NCBI GenBank assembly: GCA_950097015.1
Contig: CATNEN010000030.1
Location: 4,464,001-4,528,000 of the forward strand
Direction of reading: 5' to 3'
Length of the DNA stretch: 64,000 nucleotides
Origin: Macrostomum hystrix
Taxonomy: Eukaryota; Animalia; Platyhelminthes
Within the stretch, counting starts at the first letter, position 1. The number at the start of each line of letters is the position of its first letter. Position numbers and translations under genes: made by a program. Shown here in pieces: positions 1-10,503 of this stretch. A model generated the notes under the pieces. That model saw only the letters and a program-made list of their open reading frames with translations, did no database searches and was not told the DNA's origin.

Positions 1-1
1 G

Positions 2-217
2 GCCACCTGGCGCCGCCTGCACACCCGCGCCAACGTTGAGGCGCTGAACGAAGCGCTGGCGAGCATTGGCAGGCAGGACGTTGTGCAGCGGGTCGAAGCT
101 TATCTATCCAGGCGGCTGCGGCTGCAGCAGGCCGCCCAGCAGCGGTCAATGCTGTCTATGGGCACAGTCGCGCGCAATGACGCTGTGCGGACCTACACGT
201 CTTTGCCGGCTCTCTGA
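2..217 (+). CDS. 3' end of a death-domain-containing protein (5' part outside window)
   Basis: Frame 2 reads ATWRRLHTRANVEALNEALASIGRQDVVQRVEAYL...SLPAL* (TGA 215-217). W...A.VEAL..AL..IGR.DVV matches death-domain helices 4-6. Confidence 0.7.
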   Translation, partial: ATWRRLHTRANVEALNEALASIGRQDVVQRVEAYLSRRLRLQQAAQQRSMLSMGTVARNDAVRTYTSLPAL

Positions 218-1416
218 AACTGCGTGACCTTAACAACCGCATAGCAACGGAAGTGCTTTATCATGAAGAGGGAATGAATGGCTACAAAAGTTTGGGTCTA
301 TTGGTAATGAGTCATCCGGTATTAAGCGGGGCAACGTAGAGCAGCTCTGAAAAACCCTTAATAGTAGAAGGTATTAATCAGACTTTATCGAATCAACGTC
401 CATTTTGCGTACCGTTTATTGAAGAATTTTCTCTTTCTTAGACTTATATTTGACACTACACCCATTTAAATGCCACTTGAATTGTATGCTTAAGCTGTAA
501 TTTTTTTATGATATAACACTCAACGTGTCACATTACCTATTTGATTGAATCTCGCAAGTCACAACTCTCACCTGTTCTAACTTGTTTGTTACTACACAAA
601 ATGCGGAGTCACAGAAGTTGCAAGATGCTTATTTTAAGTAAAAATAGAGGCACTTTAAAGCAGTAAATTATTTTTTCCTTACACTAAAGGCTAGTTAAGG
701 CTATCTTGCGGTTCTAGTTGTGTCTCCTGCTGCGATTCTATCTCCGCCTTGGGCTCTAGCCACTGTGGATTCTGGAGAGAAAAAATCACTTTGCTAGCGC
801 AAAATATGAATTAAATGCTGTGACAAGACCACAGAGAAGATAAGCTGAAAAGACAAGTCTGATTTCGGCTTTGATGATTAAAGTTGATACTTTTTCATGT
901 CAGCGCCGCTAAAACGGAGACCAGATTTCCTGCTCAGGCTGGAGAAACACAGTCTATAAGATAAAACAGCTGCTGGAGCATCTGAAAGGCAACTCACGTG
1001 CTGACAGGTAGCCGAGGATGTCTTGAGGAATTAATTCACTGTAAGCAGAACTCAAGCATGCAGATGACAGGATCCCCGCCGAGTAACTAGCGAGATTCAA
1101 TTAACTAGTCTTGTGCGTAGCGAATTGCTGCCTCTCGTGGAAACGTCTATTTTTAGGAGCAGATCAGCAAAAAATCAAGCGGTGACTTTTTAGAAACAGA
1201 ATGAACGTACCCTAAGTTAAATATTTAATTTATAATATTTAAGTTAGCCATCTCTTTAGCCATGCTTGGTTATCAGATCTTTAAACAGGCCATTAGATTA
1301 CAGCTGGTTGAGATTAATAGCTGGTCTCAGCATTCGATAATTTTGTGATTTTCCAAAAGGTTTCCGTCACTAATGCGCCTGACTGCTTTTCTCCGGTCAC
1401 GAAGCTAGTCCAGGGC

Positions 1417-2929
1417 CTACAGGTCAGCAGCGGCCCACGGCCTTTCAGCCAAGTGAATCATCTGAAGGGTCTCGCCACCACGGACTGCAGCTTGACAGCC
1501 GGTGTCGGGCCGGTTGGACTCGTCCGGAACGGGCAGTCGGTGGGTCTCCTGCGGGCCCCCGCCGCACAGCACATTCATTATGGCCCGCCGAAACGAAGCG
1601 GACACGGCGCAGTAGAGAATGAAGTTCACGGAGCAGCCCAGTACCTGGCTGAGATTCACACAGTCCAGCAGTTTGTTAACAGAATAGTACCTGCCGATGG
1701 CCGCGATCTCGTGCCTTCTGAGCTCGTCCACCAGGTGGTGCACAACAAAGTGCCGACAGAAGAAGTTAACCAGTTCGGCTGGCGCAATAGTGACGAAGAA
1801 TGTCGCCGTGGTGGCCACTAGCAGAGGCGTCAGGTTGTCTCGGCCAACCGCGGCTGCAGCGTTGGCAGCCGAAGCGGCGATGCTTCGCCTGCGCTGGATG
1901 CTCCGTCTGTACTCGACAATTAGGCGCCAGTTGCAAAGAATCATCACGGCCAGCGGGATGAAGTTGACAAGGGCGCAAGAGGTCCACATGTAGGCGGCGC
2001 CCAGCCAGGTGGACGAGTCCAGGGCCGGCCGCTTGACGCTCATGTAGCACGTGGCGTTGCTCGAACCACCGTCGAAGCAGGGTCGCGGCCATACTTTGTA
2101 GCGCAGATACACAGGCACGTGGAACACCAAGGCGAACAGGAGGATTCCAGTGACTGAGGCTCGCACGCGGCCCTCTGTCAGCCAGCGCCGCGCTTGCAGA
2201 GGCCGCCAGACTGCCAAGAAGCGGCAGACGGTGATGGCCAAAGCCAGCCAGACGCTGACAGCCAGGAAGGTGCTCGCCAGGGCCGACCCGGCGATGCGAA
2301 GCCGGAGAAGGTTGGCGCTAGTGCTAGCGCCATCAGTATTGGCCAGGGTGAGCGTCAGGGCGCAGGCGCAGACCAGAAGATCAGCACCAGCCAGAGCAGT
2401 CAGCATGCAGCTTGCGGGTCCGTCGCGCCTTTTCTGCCACTGCTGGCGCTGCTGCTGCTGCTGTTGCTTAAGATGGCGTTGCGCTAGCGTGCTCAGATGG
2501 GTAGGCTCGTTAGGCTCAGAGGGGCCGACAGTCAGTCTGGCGAAACATTAATAAACATAAGAATCATTTAACTTAAGAATGTGTAGACAAGTTATGAAGC
2601 GCAAGATTTCCTGATTTGAATGGCAGTGCATGCTGGCATTACCTGGCAGCGGTGCTCTGCTGTGGAACCTGCGGCCGAAGCAGATTCAGCAGGCGCCTTA
2701 GTCGGCACGGAGGCCGCGCCCGACGTAGGCTGAGCAGTGCAGCCAAGGTCAGAGCGTTGCCCAGCAGGCCGAAGCAGCAAACGCAGCGCAACAGGAGGCC
2801 GTTGATAGCGAACTGGAAGGCTGCCAGATCGTGGCGGCCCAAATTACTAAACAGTTTGAAGTTCGCCGCCTGTTGTTGACTGGCTGACGTGGCGTTTTGA
2901 GAAGAGTTGGCACCTGCCAGGCTCATCAT
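1417..2929 (-). CDS. Class A peptide GPCR, FMRFamide/sex-peptide/myosuppressin-receptor-like; 2 exons, ~468 aa
   Basis: Exons 2929-2643 and 2536-1417. The 106-bp GT..AG intron joins the two ORFs in frame. N-glycosylation sites NSS and NAT, TM1 GLLGN, TM2 ALAGADL, TM3 CRFLAV, TM7 VNFILY typical of this subfamily. Confidence 0.85.
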
Positions 2930-4606
2930 GACAGCGGAGTGACTCAGGAGAGAGGTGAAAGAGAAATCAATTGTTAGATAAGTTGGGTAGCCATCGCACC
3001 ATATAGCAGACGCATAATTCAACCAACTATCGGTTTTAAAACATAGAGGCCCAGACTAGCGGGCCAATGGCACGAGTCGCAGCGAAAAGCTCATAAAATG
3101 ACACCAACAGGCTACGTGGGCCGGAGTGACGTTTCTAAATTAATAAAAAGAAAAGCAGAATTTGAAAGGATTCATGACAATCCAGACATATCTTGTCACT
3201 CGCAAGCTGCATCTTATTGGCTGACAAATTTAATTTGCTGGCCCAGCCAGACGGCAGATTAATTTTGCATTATCGGCGTCCGTTTCGCGAACACACGGGT
3301 GCCCATCTGGATTGCCTACGTTTAGCGATCCCAGAGCTCAAAGCATTGAGTAAAATCTAATAGTCTGGAAATCTACTAGATTATCGGATGAATATTAACT
3401 GCCAAAGCCAGGCAAGGACACAGGACTATTTATAATGCATGCATTAACGATATTGTACAATTTAGAGGACGAACAGAAATGTGAATTGGTTCTGGCATGC
3501 ACATATACAAACGCAATAAAGTTTGAGCTAGGCGATCCAGACCATTATCGATACATAAACTCAAAATTATCGATTTTTTCACAATAGAAGCCCAGAGGGC
3601 CTGAGTTACATGCGCGATAAGTAATAAAAAGTATCGCGGCGGTTCTACGCTTGTAGCAGTTTTCTATGAAATGCTGTGTAAATTAATCTGCATCGGCAAT
3701 TTTTTACCTCCTCAAGCACTAACTTCCAGCTAATCACAGTACTTGGGCAGTACCTCCCAGTTCATAAGCACGTGTCTATGTAGTACATGCGCATGAATAC
3801 CTGCATGCCTAAAGTGATGCAGAGAAACAGTTCGCTTCGTACTGTGCAGGTGACTCGAAACAAGCGGTAACCAACAGGCTGGGGTTCCGCCGCATGATCT
3901 AAATCTGGCACCACAGACTGGCCTTTGGTCTGTTTAGCTAGAGCACTTTCTGCGTGGCAAAGGTCTATAAGGATATCTACGCGTGTACTTTGTACAGCCG
4001 GACAACCGTGTCGGTAAGCTCTTGTACAGAAGTCCATGTCGGTGTTCTAAGCTCCAGCATTGTTTGTTGAGTAACTAGTCCAGTACACCGACAAAAGACA
4101 TTACGACTATATATGCCACGGGTATCTTGATGTGTAGAGGCTGATGTTCGATGGACTGACATAGACCATCCAATTATCAAATAAGTAAAGCGAAGCAAAA
4201 TTTGAGTGATTATTATGTGAATGCTGATATTTGAGCACATTTAACCAACTACGGTTGTGCTCTACAGAAGCTGTTGAATGAGGAGCAATTATTGGTAAAA
4301 AATATGTTTTTATTACTTTGCCAAACATTTTTTAAAGATGTTGCTGAACCGAACTGCAAGTGTGTAACGAATAAAAAACTTGCAGCAGCTGGCAGAAAAA
4401 AACGACGGTCTATAGTACTAGAACAATCCTAATATAAACTATGTCAGACAGGAAAACACTACAAAAACAGCATTCTGCAGCATCGAACCGCTGGCCCAAT
4501 TCGGCTCAGGTGGACAAAACAGCGAGAACAAGTCAATGTGTTTTGCTGGACTTTAGCTATGAAAAATGCCGCTGCTCATCCCGCTTCCCCTGCGCTCAGG
4601 CGAAGC

Positions 4607-5047
4607 TCAGTTGTCGGGCTTGATGCTCTCAGCCTCAATGACGCACCTGAATGGATTGGGGCTGTCATCAGTGGACGGCTTGTTGCGAATGCGTCTCTCA
4701 TACTTCAGCATGCCCTGCACCTGCACCCGGCTGCCAATCTTAGCCAGCGAGTTGGCGGCATCCGCCTGCTCGCCGAAAGCTTTCACATTGTGCTCGAATT
4801 TCAGCGGCCTCTCTAGTCCCGCTTTGAGAACGCTGGTGCGAACAGTGAAAACGCAGTGCTTCGGCCCGGCAGTCAGGACGCGCTCAACTGTGCCGCGAAG
4901 CACAACGCTGGCGACGTCTTTGCCTTCGGCGGCTGCCGGGGCGCCGGCCGGCGCTTTGGCGGCCTCCGCGGCTGCGGCTGAGAAGGCTCGCCGAGGCAAC
5001 AGGCAGACAGCGGGCTTGGAGAACAGGAAAGCTGCTAGGGAGGCCAT
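4607..5047 (-). CDS. Single-stranded-DNA-binding (SSB, OB-fold) protein with probable mitochondrial presequence; intronless
   Basis: Arg/Ala/Ser-rich, acid-poor N-terminus (MASLAAFLFSKPAVCLLPRRAFS), then VVLRGTV..FTVRTS..HNVKAF..KIGSRVQVQGMLKY..VIEAESI, matching the SSB strand pattern. No acidic C-tail, as in mtSSB. An alternative in-frame start lies at 5062. Confidence 0.7.
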   Translation of the reverse strand: MASLAAFLFSKPAVCLLPRRAFSAAAAEAAKAPAGAPAAAEGKDVASVVLRGTVERVLTAGPKHCVFTVRTSVLKAGLERPLKFEHNVKAFGEQADAANSLAKIGSRVQVQGMLKYERRIRNKPSTDDSPNPFRCVIEAESIKPDN

Positions 5048-6029
5048 GTTTGACTGCTGCAAGAAGCGAACAACTGGGCTTTGGATTTCATACTAGGCTA
5101 AACAATGGAATGCTATTTAATTCACTGAGATACGAATTAAAAAAACATCCAAACGAAAACTTCTAGCTGAACAAGCATATCTTCTAGCCGAGCGTTTAAG
5201 TTATATTTATTTAACAGTGCGAATGCTTCGCATACTTTCTATTGAACTAGTAGTCGATTGACAGCTAAGTGAATCCTACTTCAGAATATATATTGACTAA
5301 GCAGCCCACAAAATAACCAGACGCATCAAATTAGCTTTCAACCGAAGTCGCGATAGAAATGCTTGTTACAAGACCGACAAAAAGTATTACAACATATGAC
5401 CGATAAGTAATAAAACTATTTTATTATGAGGAATACTTTAATATTGTGCTTAACAGATTCCCGTTGCTTGCTATCTGCAATTTGTATAAATTTATTCATG
5501 CTGTTTGGAGACATGGCAGATGACATGGCTGCACTACTGATCAAACGTGCGAGACCTGTAAGAGCAGCACGATAATACAACTTAATGGTTATGCACACCG
5601 AATACTACTCAGTAGACAGTAGCATCTGTTTTTTGCGATGGCTCTAAAGACAGTTTCGTCTAACTGATTGAAGTTATTTTTAATTGTATTCCCACAATAC
5701 ATTAGCTATGCGTGATAGGGCAAGCCTAACTGACAAACGATAGACAGCAGTAACATAGGGTAGAGGGGCAAGAGAGATAATTTGTTTAAGTCACCTCTGT
5801 TGCACACTACCTAGTTGCAGTTATTTGATCAGAAATTATGACAAGTTAAAGAAAAAAACCTGGTTATTCAAAGCAAATCGCCAGAGATTAAGTCGGCAGA
5901 GAAATGATACGGTGCTTCATATAGCTTTATAGGGCTGGTAGAAAAATATACGACAGAGCGCATTATAAACACACACACGCACAGATAAAATAACCGGGGG
6001 AACACAGTTAGGTTAGAGTTGCGCAACTA

Positions 6030-6739
6030 TCAGAGGTTGGGATTTTTAAACCGGCCAGCCTGCTGTTTCACCTTCTCCTCGTATTCGCGCCGGTTCTGTC
6101 TGAAAATTTGAAGCCGGGGTTCAAAGAATGCAGTGGCAGCCAGTTTATAGAGTGCTATTCGAAGAGAAATGCTGCTATTGGCTCAGACCTATCACATGAA
6201 AAGCCAATTAACAATGAGGGTTTCCGTTGTGGAGAGGGGAATCCCCTTTGGAGTCCCCTGACTGTCAGGCACAGTGGCACAAATACTCACATGAAGCAGG
6301 TGTAGGCATCGGCCTGTGCCGGATCCTTAATATTTGGAGAGTCTAAGAGTTCTTGAATGCCTAGCAGAATCTGCTTGACGGTGACAGCGGCACGCCAGTC
6401 CTTCTCCTCGTCCAGCAGGGAGAGGCACACGGTGCCAGACGGGTACACATTCGGATGGAATAGTGGCGGCTCGAATTTGCACTTTGGCGGCGAGCTCGGA
6501 TAATCCTCTTTAAAGTACATGCGCAGGGTGTAGAGTCCCTCCTCCCAAATGGTGGCTTTTTTGCCAGGAATCTTGCAGTCCCAGATCATCAGGTTCATGG
6601 TGCCATCTGGATTAGTAGCAGGCTTGGCCACAAAGCCAAACGGATGATCCTTACGCCAGGCTTTGCGCTCTTCGCTTAGCCGGGCCAGCGCAATTCCCGA
6701 GCACTCATCGCCGGCCCCCTGCGCCCTGGCTGCTGACAT
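6030..6739 (-). CDS. UBE2I: SUMO-conjugating enzyme Ubc9 (divergent copy); 2 exons
   Basis: Exons 6739-6291 and 6099-6030 (191-bp GT..AG intron). [50 protein letters not shown] with catalytic Cys; exon 2 encodes [22 protein letters not shown]. Confidence 0.95.
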
Positions 6740-6987
6740 TAGTTAATCTGGCAACGAATAAAGAGTGCTGCTGATTTAAGTGACAGCGCCAAAGCGGAGC
6801 TGCAACATTGCATTGGATAGGTAACGAATACAGTGCTGAACATTTATAACAAATTATTCTAATAAGAAAATATTGTATAGTAGGTGTCAATAGAAGTTAA
6901 AAACAAGGTTCATGTTTTTTTTTATTAAAGTGTAGTTAAAATAGGTATAGACCTAGCACTGCCTGTTAAGATTTTTTAAAGGCTGTA

Positions 6988-7048
6988 ATTATTGGCATGG
7001 TCCCATGTAAAAAGTGCCAACTTTTCTACATGGGACCATGCCAATAAT
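6988..7048. repeat. Perfect 22-bp inverted repeat, part of a ~150-bp arm repeated in inverted orientation at ~9525-9670
   Basis: ATTATTGGCATGGTCCCATGTA (6988-7009) and its reverse complement (7027-7048), 17-nt spacer. Adjacent 7050-7140 aligns by eye to the reverse complement of 9525-9610. Confidence 0.75.
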
Positions 7049-7384
7049 ACTTGCCTTATCCATACAGTAGCTTGTTAGAATAGGCTACCACATCATGTAC
7101 ATGTATAACCTTTCCATGCAAATTACCCACCTTTTGTATACATGTACTAGCTTTTTTTGCCCGTTGTTTTTGGGGCAGAAATTTAAAGCAAAGCAGTAAG
7201 CAATTCACGTCTCTGTATTAACTTTATAGTGAAGGTCACCATTTATTTATTTACTGCATTAATGAAAAGTGAAGAGTTTGTTTAAGGGCGTTTTAAGTAA
7301 AAAATAAGTGAAAAGTTTGTCCAAACAGCCCCCCTCTTGATTACTTCTTTAGAAACATGTCTCTTAGCCACTCCTCTATACAGT

Positions 7385-7659
7385 CAGTGGCAGATCCAGG
7401 AATTTTGTTTTGGGGCGGTCTGTCAGGGGAGCGCCATGAGAATCACAGAGGGGGTGCCAGCGGCCGAAAAAGGGCGCCAGGAGCCAAGAAAGGGCGCCAG
7501 CGGCTGAAAAACGGGAGCCAGCGGCTGAAAAAGGGGCGCCAGCGGCCGAAAAGGGGCGCCAGTGCTGCGACTGGCGCCCCTGGTGGGGGCATCTTATTCC
7601 CATGATTAAAATTTAGGGGGGGCGACTGCCCCCCCGCCCCCCCCCTAAATCTGCCTCTG
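7385..7659. mobile_element. hAT-type MITE nested in the Helitron
   Basis: TIRs CAGTGGCAGATCCAGG / CAGAGGCAGATTTAGG. Perfect 8-bp TSD TATACAGT at 7377-7384 and 7660-7667. Internal ~22-bp repeats. Confidence 0.85.
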
Positions 7660-7811
7660 TATACAGTATGCATGTACACGCGTATACATAAGGAAAATAG
7701 CCATGGCATAACAATAACAATGTCAAAGAAACAAAATTAAACTGTTTCAGAGTTCAGAGTTAGACAGGTCAAGGTCAATTCGTGACTACTTTTCTATTAA
7801 TTGCTTGCGAG

Positions 7812-8460
7812 TCACCTCAAGGCCTGGGGATACACCACATTCTTCGTTCTTCCCCTTGGTGCGAAAATGAATAGGCCAGCTGGAGTTCCAACACGGGAGC
7901 AGGCGACATAAAGCTGCCCATGCGAGAAGCAAGGAGTCTCCAGGTTGATGCCAGCCACCTTCAGCGACTGTCCCTGAGCCTTGTTAATAGTCATCGCAAA
8001 GCACACTCTCACAGGGAACTGCAGTCGCTTGAACTGAAATGGCAGGTCCGTGGGGATAATTGGAATCCGGGGAACGAACACAGACTCTCCTCTGCCAGAT
8101 CCAGTCATTATCGTGGCCTCAATCACGTGTGGGAAGAGCCGCCTGACTATCAGTCTGGTGCCTTACACAGCCTTGGCGCATTCAGGTTGCGGAGGAGCAT
8201 AATTGGTGCCCCAACTTTAAGCTGCAAGTTGTGCGATGGAGTTCCAGGAGGATCTAGAGAGTTCAGAAACTCAACAGGATACTCCACAGCGGTGTCATCA
8301 GTCAACGTTGTATCAATTGACTTGTAGGTGAAAACTGCACCTGGCAACTCCTGAAGCAGTTGGTAGTTAATTTCGTTGGCGGCATCATTTCTAGGACACA
8401 GAATTGCCCTCTCTGACAGCCAGTCAACGCCAGCCTCTCTCTTCCTTCTATCCCAGGCAG
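7812..8460 (-). pseudogene. Helitron PIF1-family helicase C-terminal fragment with a 1-bp frameshift
   Basis: AILCPRN..EFLNSL.PPG.P.H.L.LKVGAPIMLLRNL, then a 1-bp deletion near 8164 (CNGTRL codons read TGT AAG GCA), then FAMTINKAQGQSL and HGQLYVACSRV. No Rep domain or N-terminal helicase motifs. Confidence 0.9.
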
Positions 8461-10231
8461 GCTGGAGAGAAATATCGACCGGAGAGCCCTGCGCACTGGG
8501 ACGCCACCGCACTCACCGCACTCAGTCTCAGTGCTGCTTGGGGGCCAGTAGACAGTCTAGGGGTTTGGGCTGTGTACATTCACGGCTTGAAATACAATGT
8601 ACAGTCTGGGGCTTCGGCACCCGGGGAAGGGAGGGGGTGGCTGTAATAAAATTTGGCCCGCAGAGTGGCGGAGGGGAGTTGGGGTGGCTGTCCTCGGAAA
8701 ACAAAAAGTGACTCACTTTGAGATGATGCAGCTTTGCTCTGGATTGAGTAGAGATGTTCAAAATTGACAGCATTGTTGGAAAACATGTAAAGTGTATGTG
8801 GATCAAATTTGGAGAAAATCTGACAAAGTGGGGCGACGATATGTCGAATTGAGTGATTTTTTGACGATTTTTGAGCAGTTTTTTGCACTTTTGAGCAGGA
8901 AGGAAATGATTTTTCGGGAATTTGAGTAGCCTATTGCACTCAGCGTAGGTGGTTTTAGGTATGTGCAAAGTTTGGTGCGATTTGGTTGAGCGGTTTCGGC
9001 GTCTATAAAGACAAAAGGTTGCACACAGACAGACAGACGGACAGAGTTTTCACTTTTATATATATAGATATATCAAGGAGGACAAGGTCACATCTACTCC
9101 AACTTGGATATAAACATTGCTTGATTTAAATTATTTAGGAGCAAATTTTAAAACCAGTTAAATTTATATAAACTATATGGCAATATTTAGATTCTATTAT
9201 TGCACATATATTTGATTAGCTAATTTGTAAAGTGTGCCATAGTTATTTAATTTGTAAAAAATAGATTTTGAAGACTATTTTATTGGCACTAAAAATATAA
9301 GACTGACCAAAATGCCATTTTAACAATATATTATAATCACTTTAACACACCTAATGCTAAATGTTCTATGGGTTATGGATTACAATTTACATTGGTCCAA
9401 TTGCTATTTGGTTTAATAAATATATATCTTCAAAAAGCTTAATCATAAACTGTAAAAAATTGAATAGAGAAAAGAAGTTACTAAAATTGATTTATTTAGA
9501 ATAGATAGTTTCTACTCTATCTGGGGAAAGGTAGGCATTTGTATGGCTGGGATATATTTGTACATACTATGGTAGCCTATTATAGCAAGCTGCCATGCAG
9601 ATAAGGTGGGCAATATTAGTATAGATCCATGTGGAAAAAGTTGGCACTATTTGCATAGGACCATGCCAAAAAGCACAGATTTTTTAAAGAAACTTTTTGG
9701 GAAAACTTGTTGTTTTCTGTTTCTATAACAACTGTAGAAGACAGATAAATCAAACTAGGCCTCCTTAAATCCTAATAGGCCTAGCAAAAGTTGACAGAGC
9801 AACAACTGCAGCTCTAGCAAAGCTAACAAAGCATATTACAGAGCTAGGCCTATCCAAACTTGGAGAACAGCTGCCCCTGAGGCTTATGTGTTCATGCAAG
9901 CATGCATGTATGTATGCATGTATTCAAGCAACAATGAATACATGCAAGTTGTTAAAATGATTCAAAATATTATCTGCACTTGTCTTACAATTTCTGCTTT
10001 CATTAGGCTACATTTTCTAAAAATTGCTTTTCCCTTTTCCCTAGTTGTTTTGCTTAAAAAACTCACGATGACATATAAATGGTTTTTTATAACTATAATT
10101 ACAATTATATTAAAAAAACTATTTATATGTCATCGCGGGTTTTTTAATACATCAATAATTAAACTCTTTGACATTGATATAAATTAGCTAATCAGAAATA
10201 TACCATAAAAAGCACCGATGGCAATGGGCGT

Positions 10232-10503
10232 CATACATGCGCAATACCCGGCCAAACCGGCCAGGTGAAACGAGGGCCAAGCAAGGTAAGTCGCAAAAAC
10301 CAATCCACCAAGCGCAAAAAAATCAAAGGGGGGACCAAGGGACAAAAAAGGAAGGCGTGAAGAAAAGGAAAAAGGGGAGAGAAAAAGAGAGCAAATGAGA
10401 GCAAACTAAGTCGTAAATAGAGCAATGAAACGAACTAAGTCGCAAATGAGAGCAAAAACTAAGTCGCACGGCCGGCTACGATTTGGGAGGTTGCGCATGT
10501 ATG
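10232..10503. mobile_element. hAT-type MITE (family copy 1)
   Basis: 13-bp TIR CATACATGCGCAA / TTGCGCATGTATG; perfect 8-bp TSD ATGGGCGT at 10224-10231 and 10504-10511. Confidence 0.9.

Larger units (their letters stand above)
7147..9068 (-). mobile_element. Non-autonomous Helitron (internal-deletion derivative) with both termini
   Basis: Minus strand starts TCTATATATATAAAAG followed by (GTCT)n and ends GCCC..GGGC hairpin, A-run, CTAG. Inserted between A (9069) and T (7146), no TSD. Contains a PIF1 helicase fragment. Confidence 0.85.

Noticed and set aside
1345-2551. Plus-strand and alternate-frame ORFs overlapping the peptide GPCR
   Set aside because: Shadow ORFs of a GC-rich CDS, with no motifs. 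The same applies to antisense ORFs over the SSB, Slo1, NPC2, YR, 5-HT2 and PKN genes.
3762-4328. Three short minus-strand ORFs upstream of the GPCR
   Set aside because: No recognisable domain, splice-consistent structure or codon bias.
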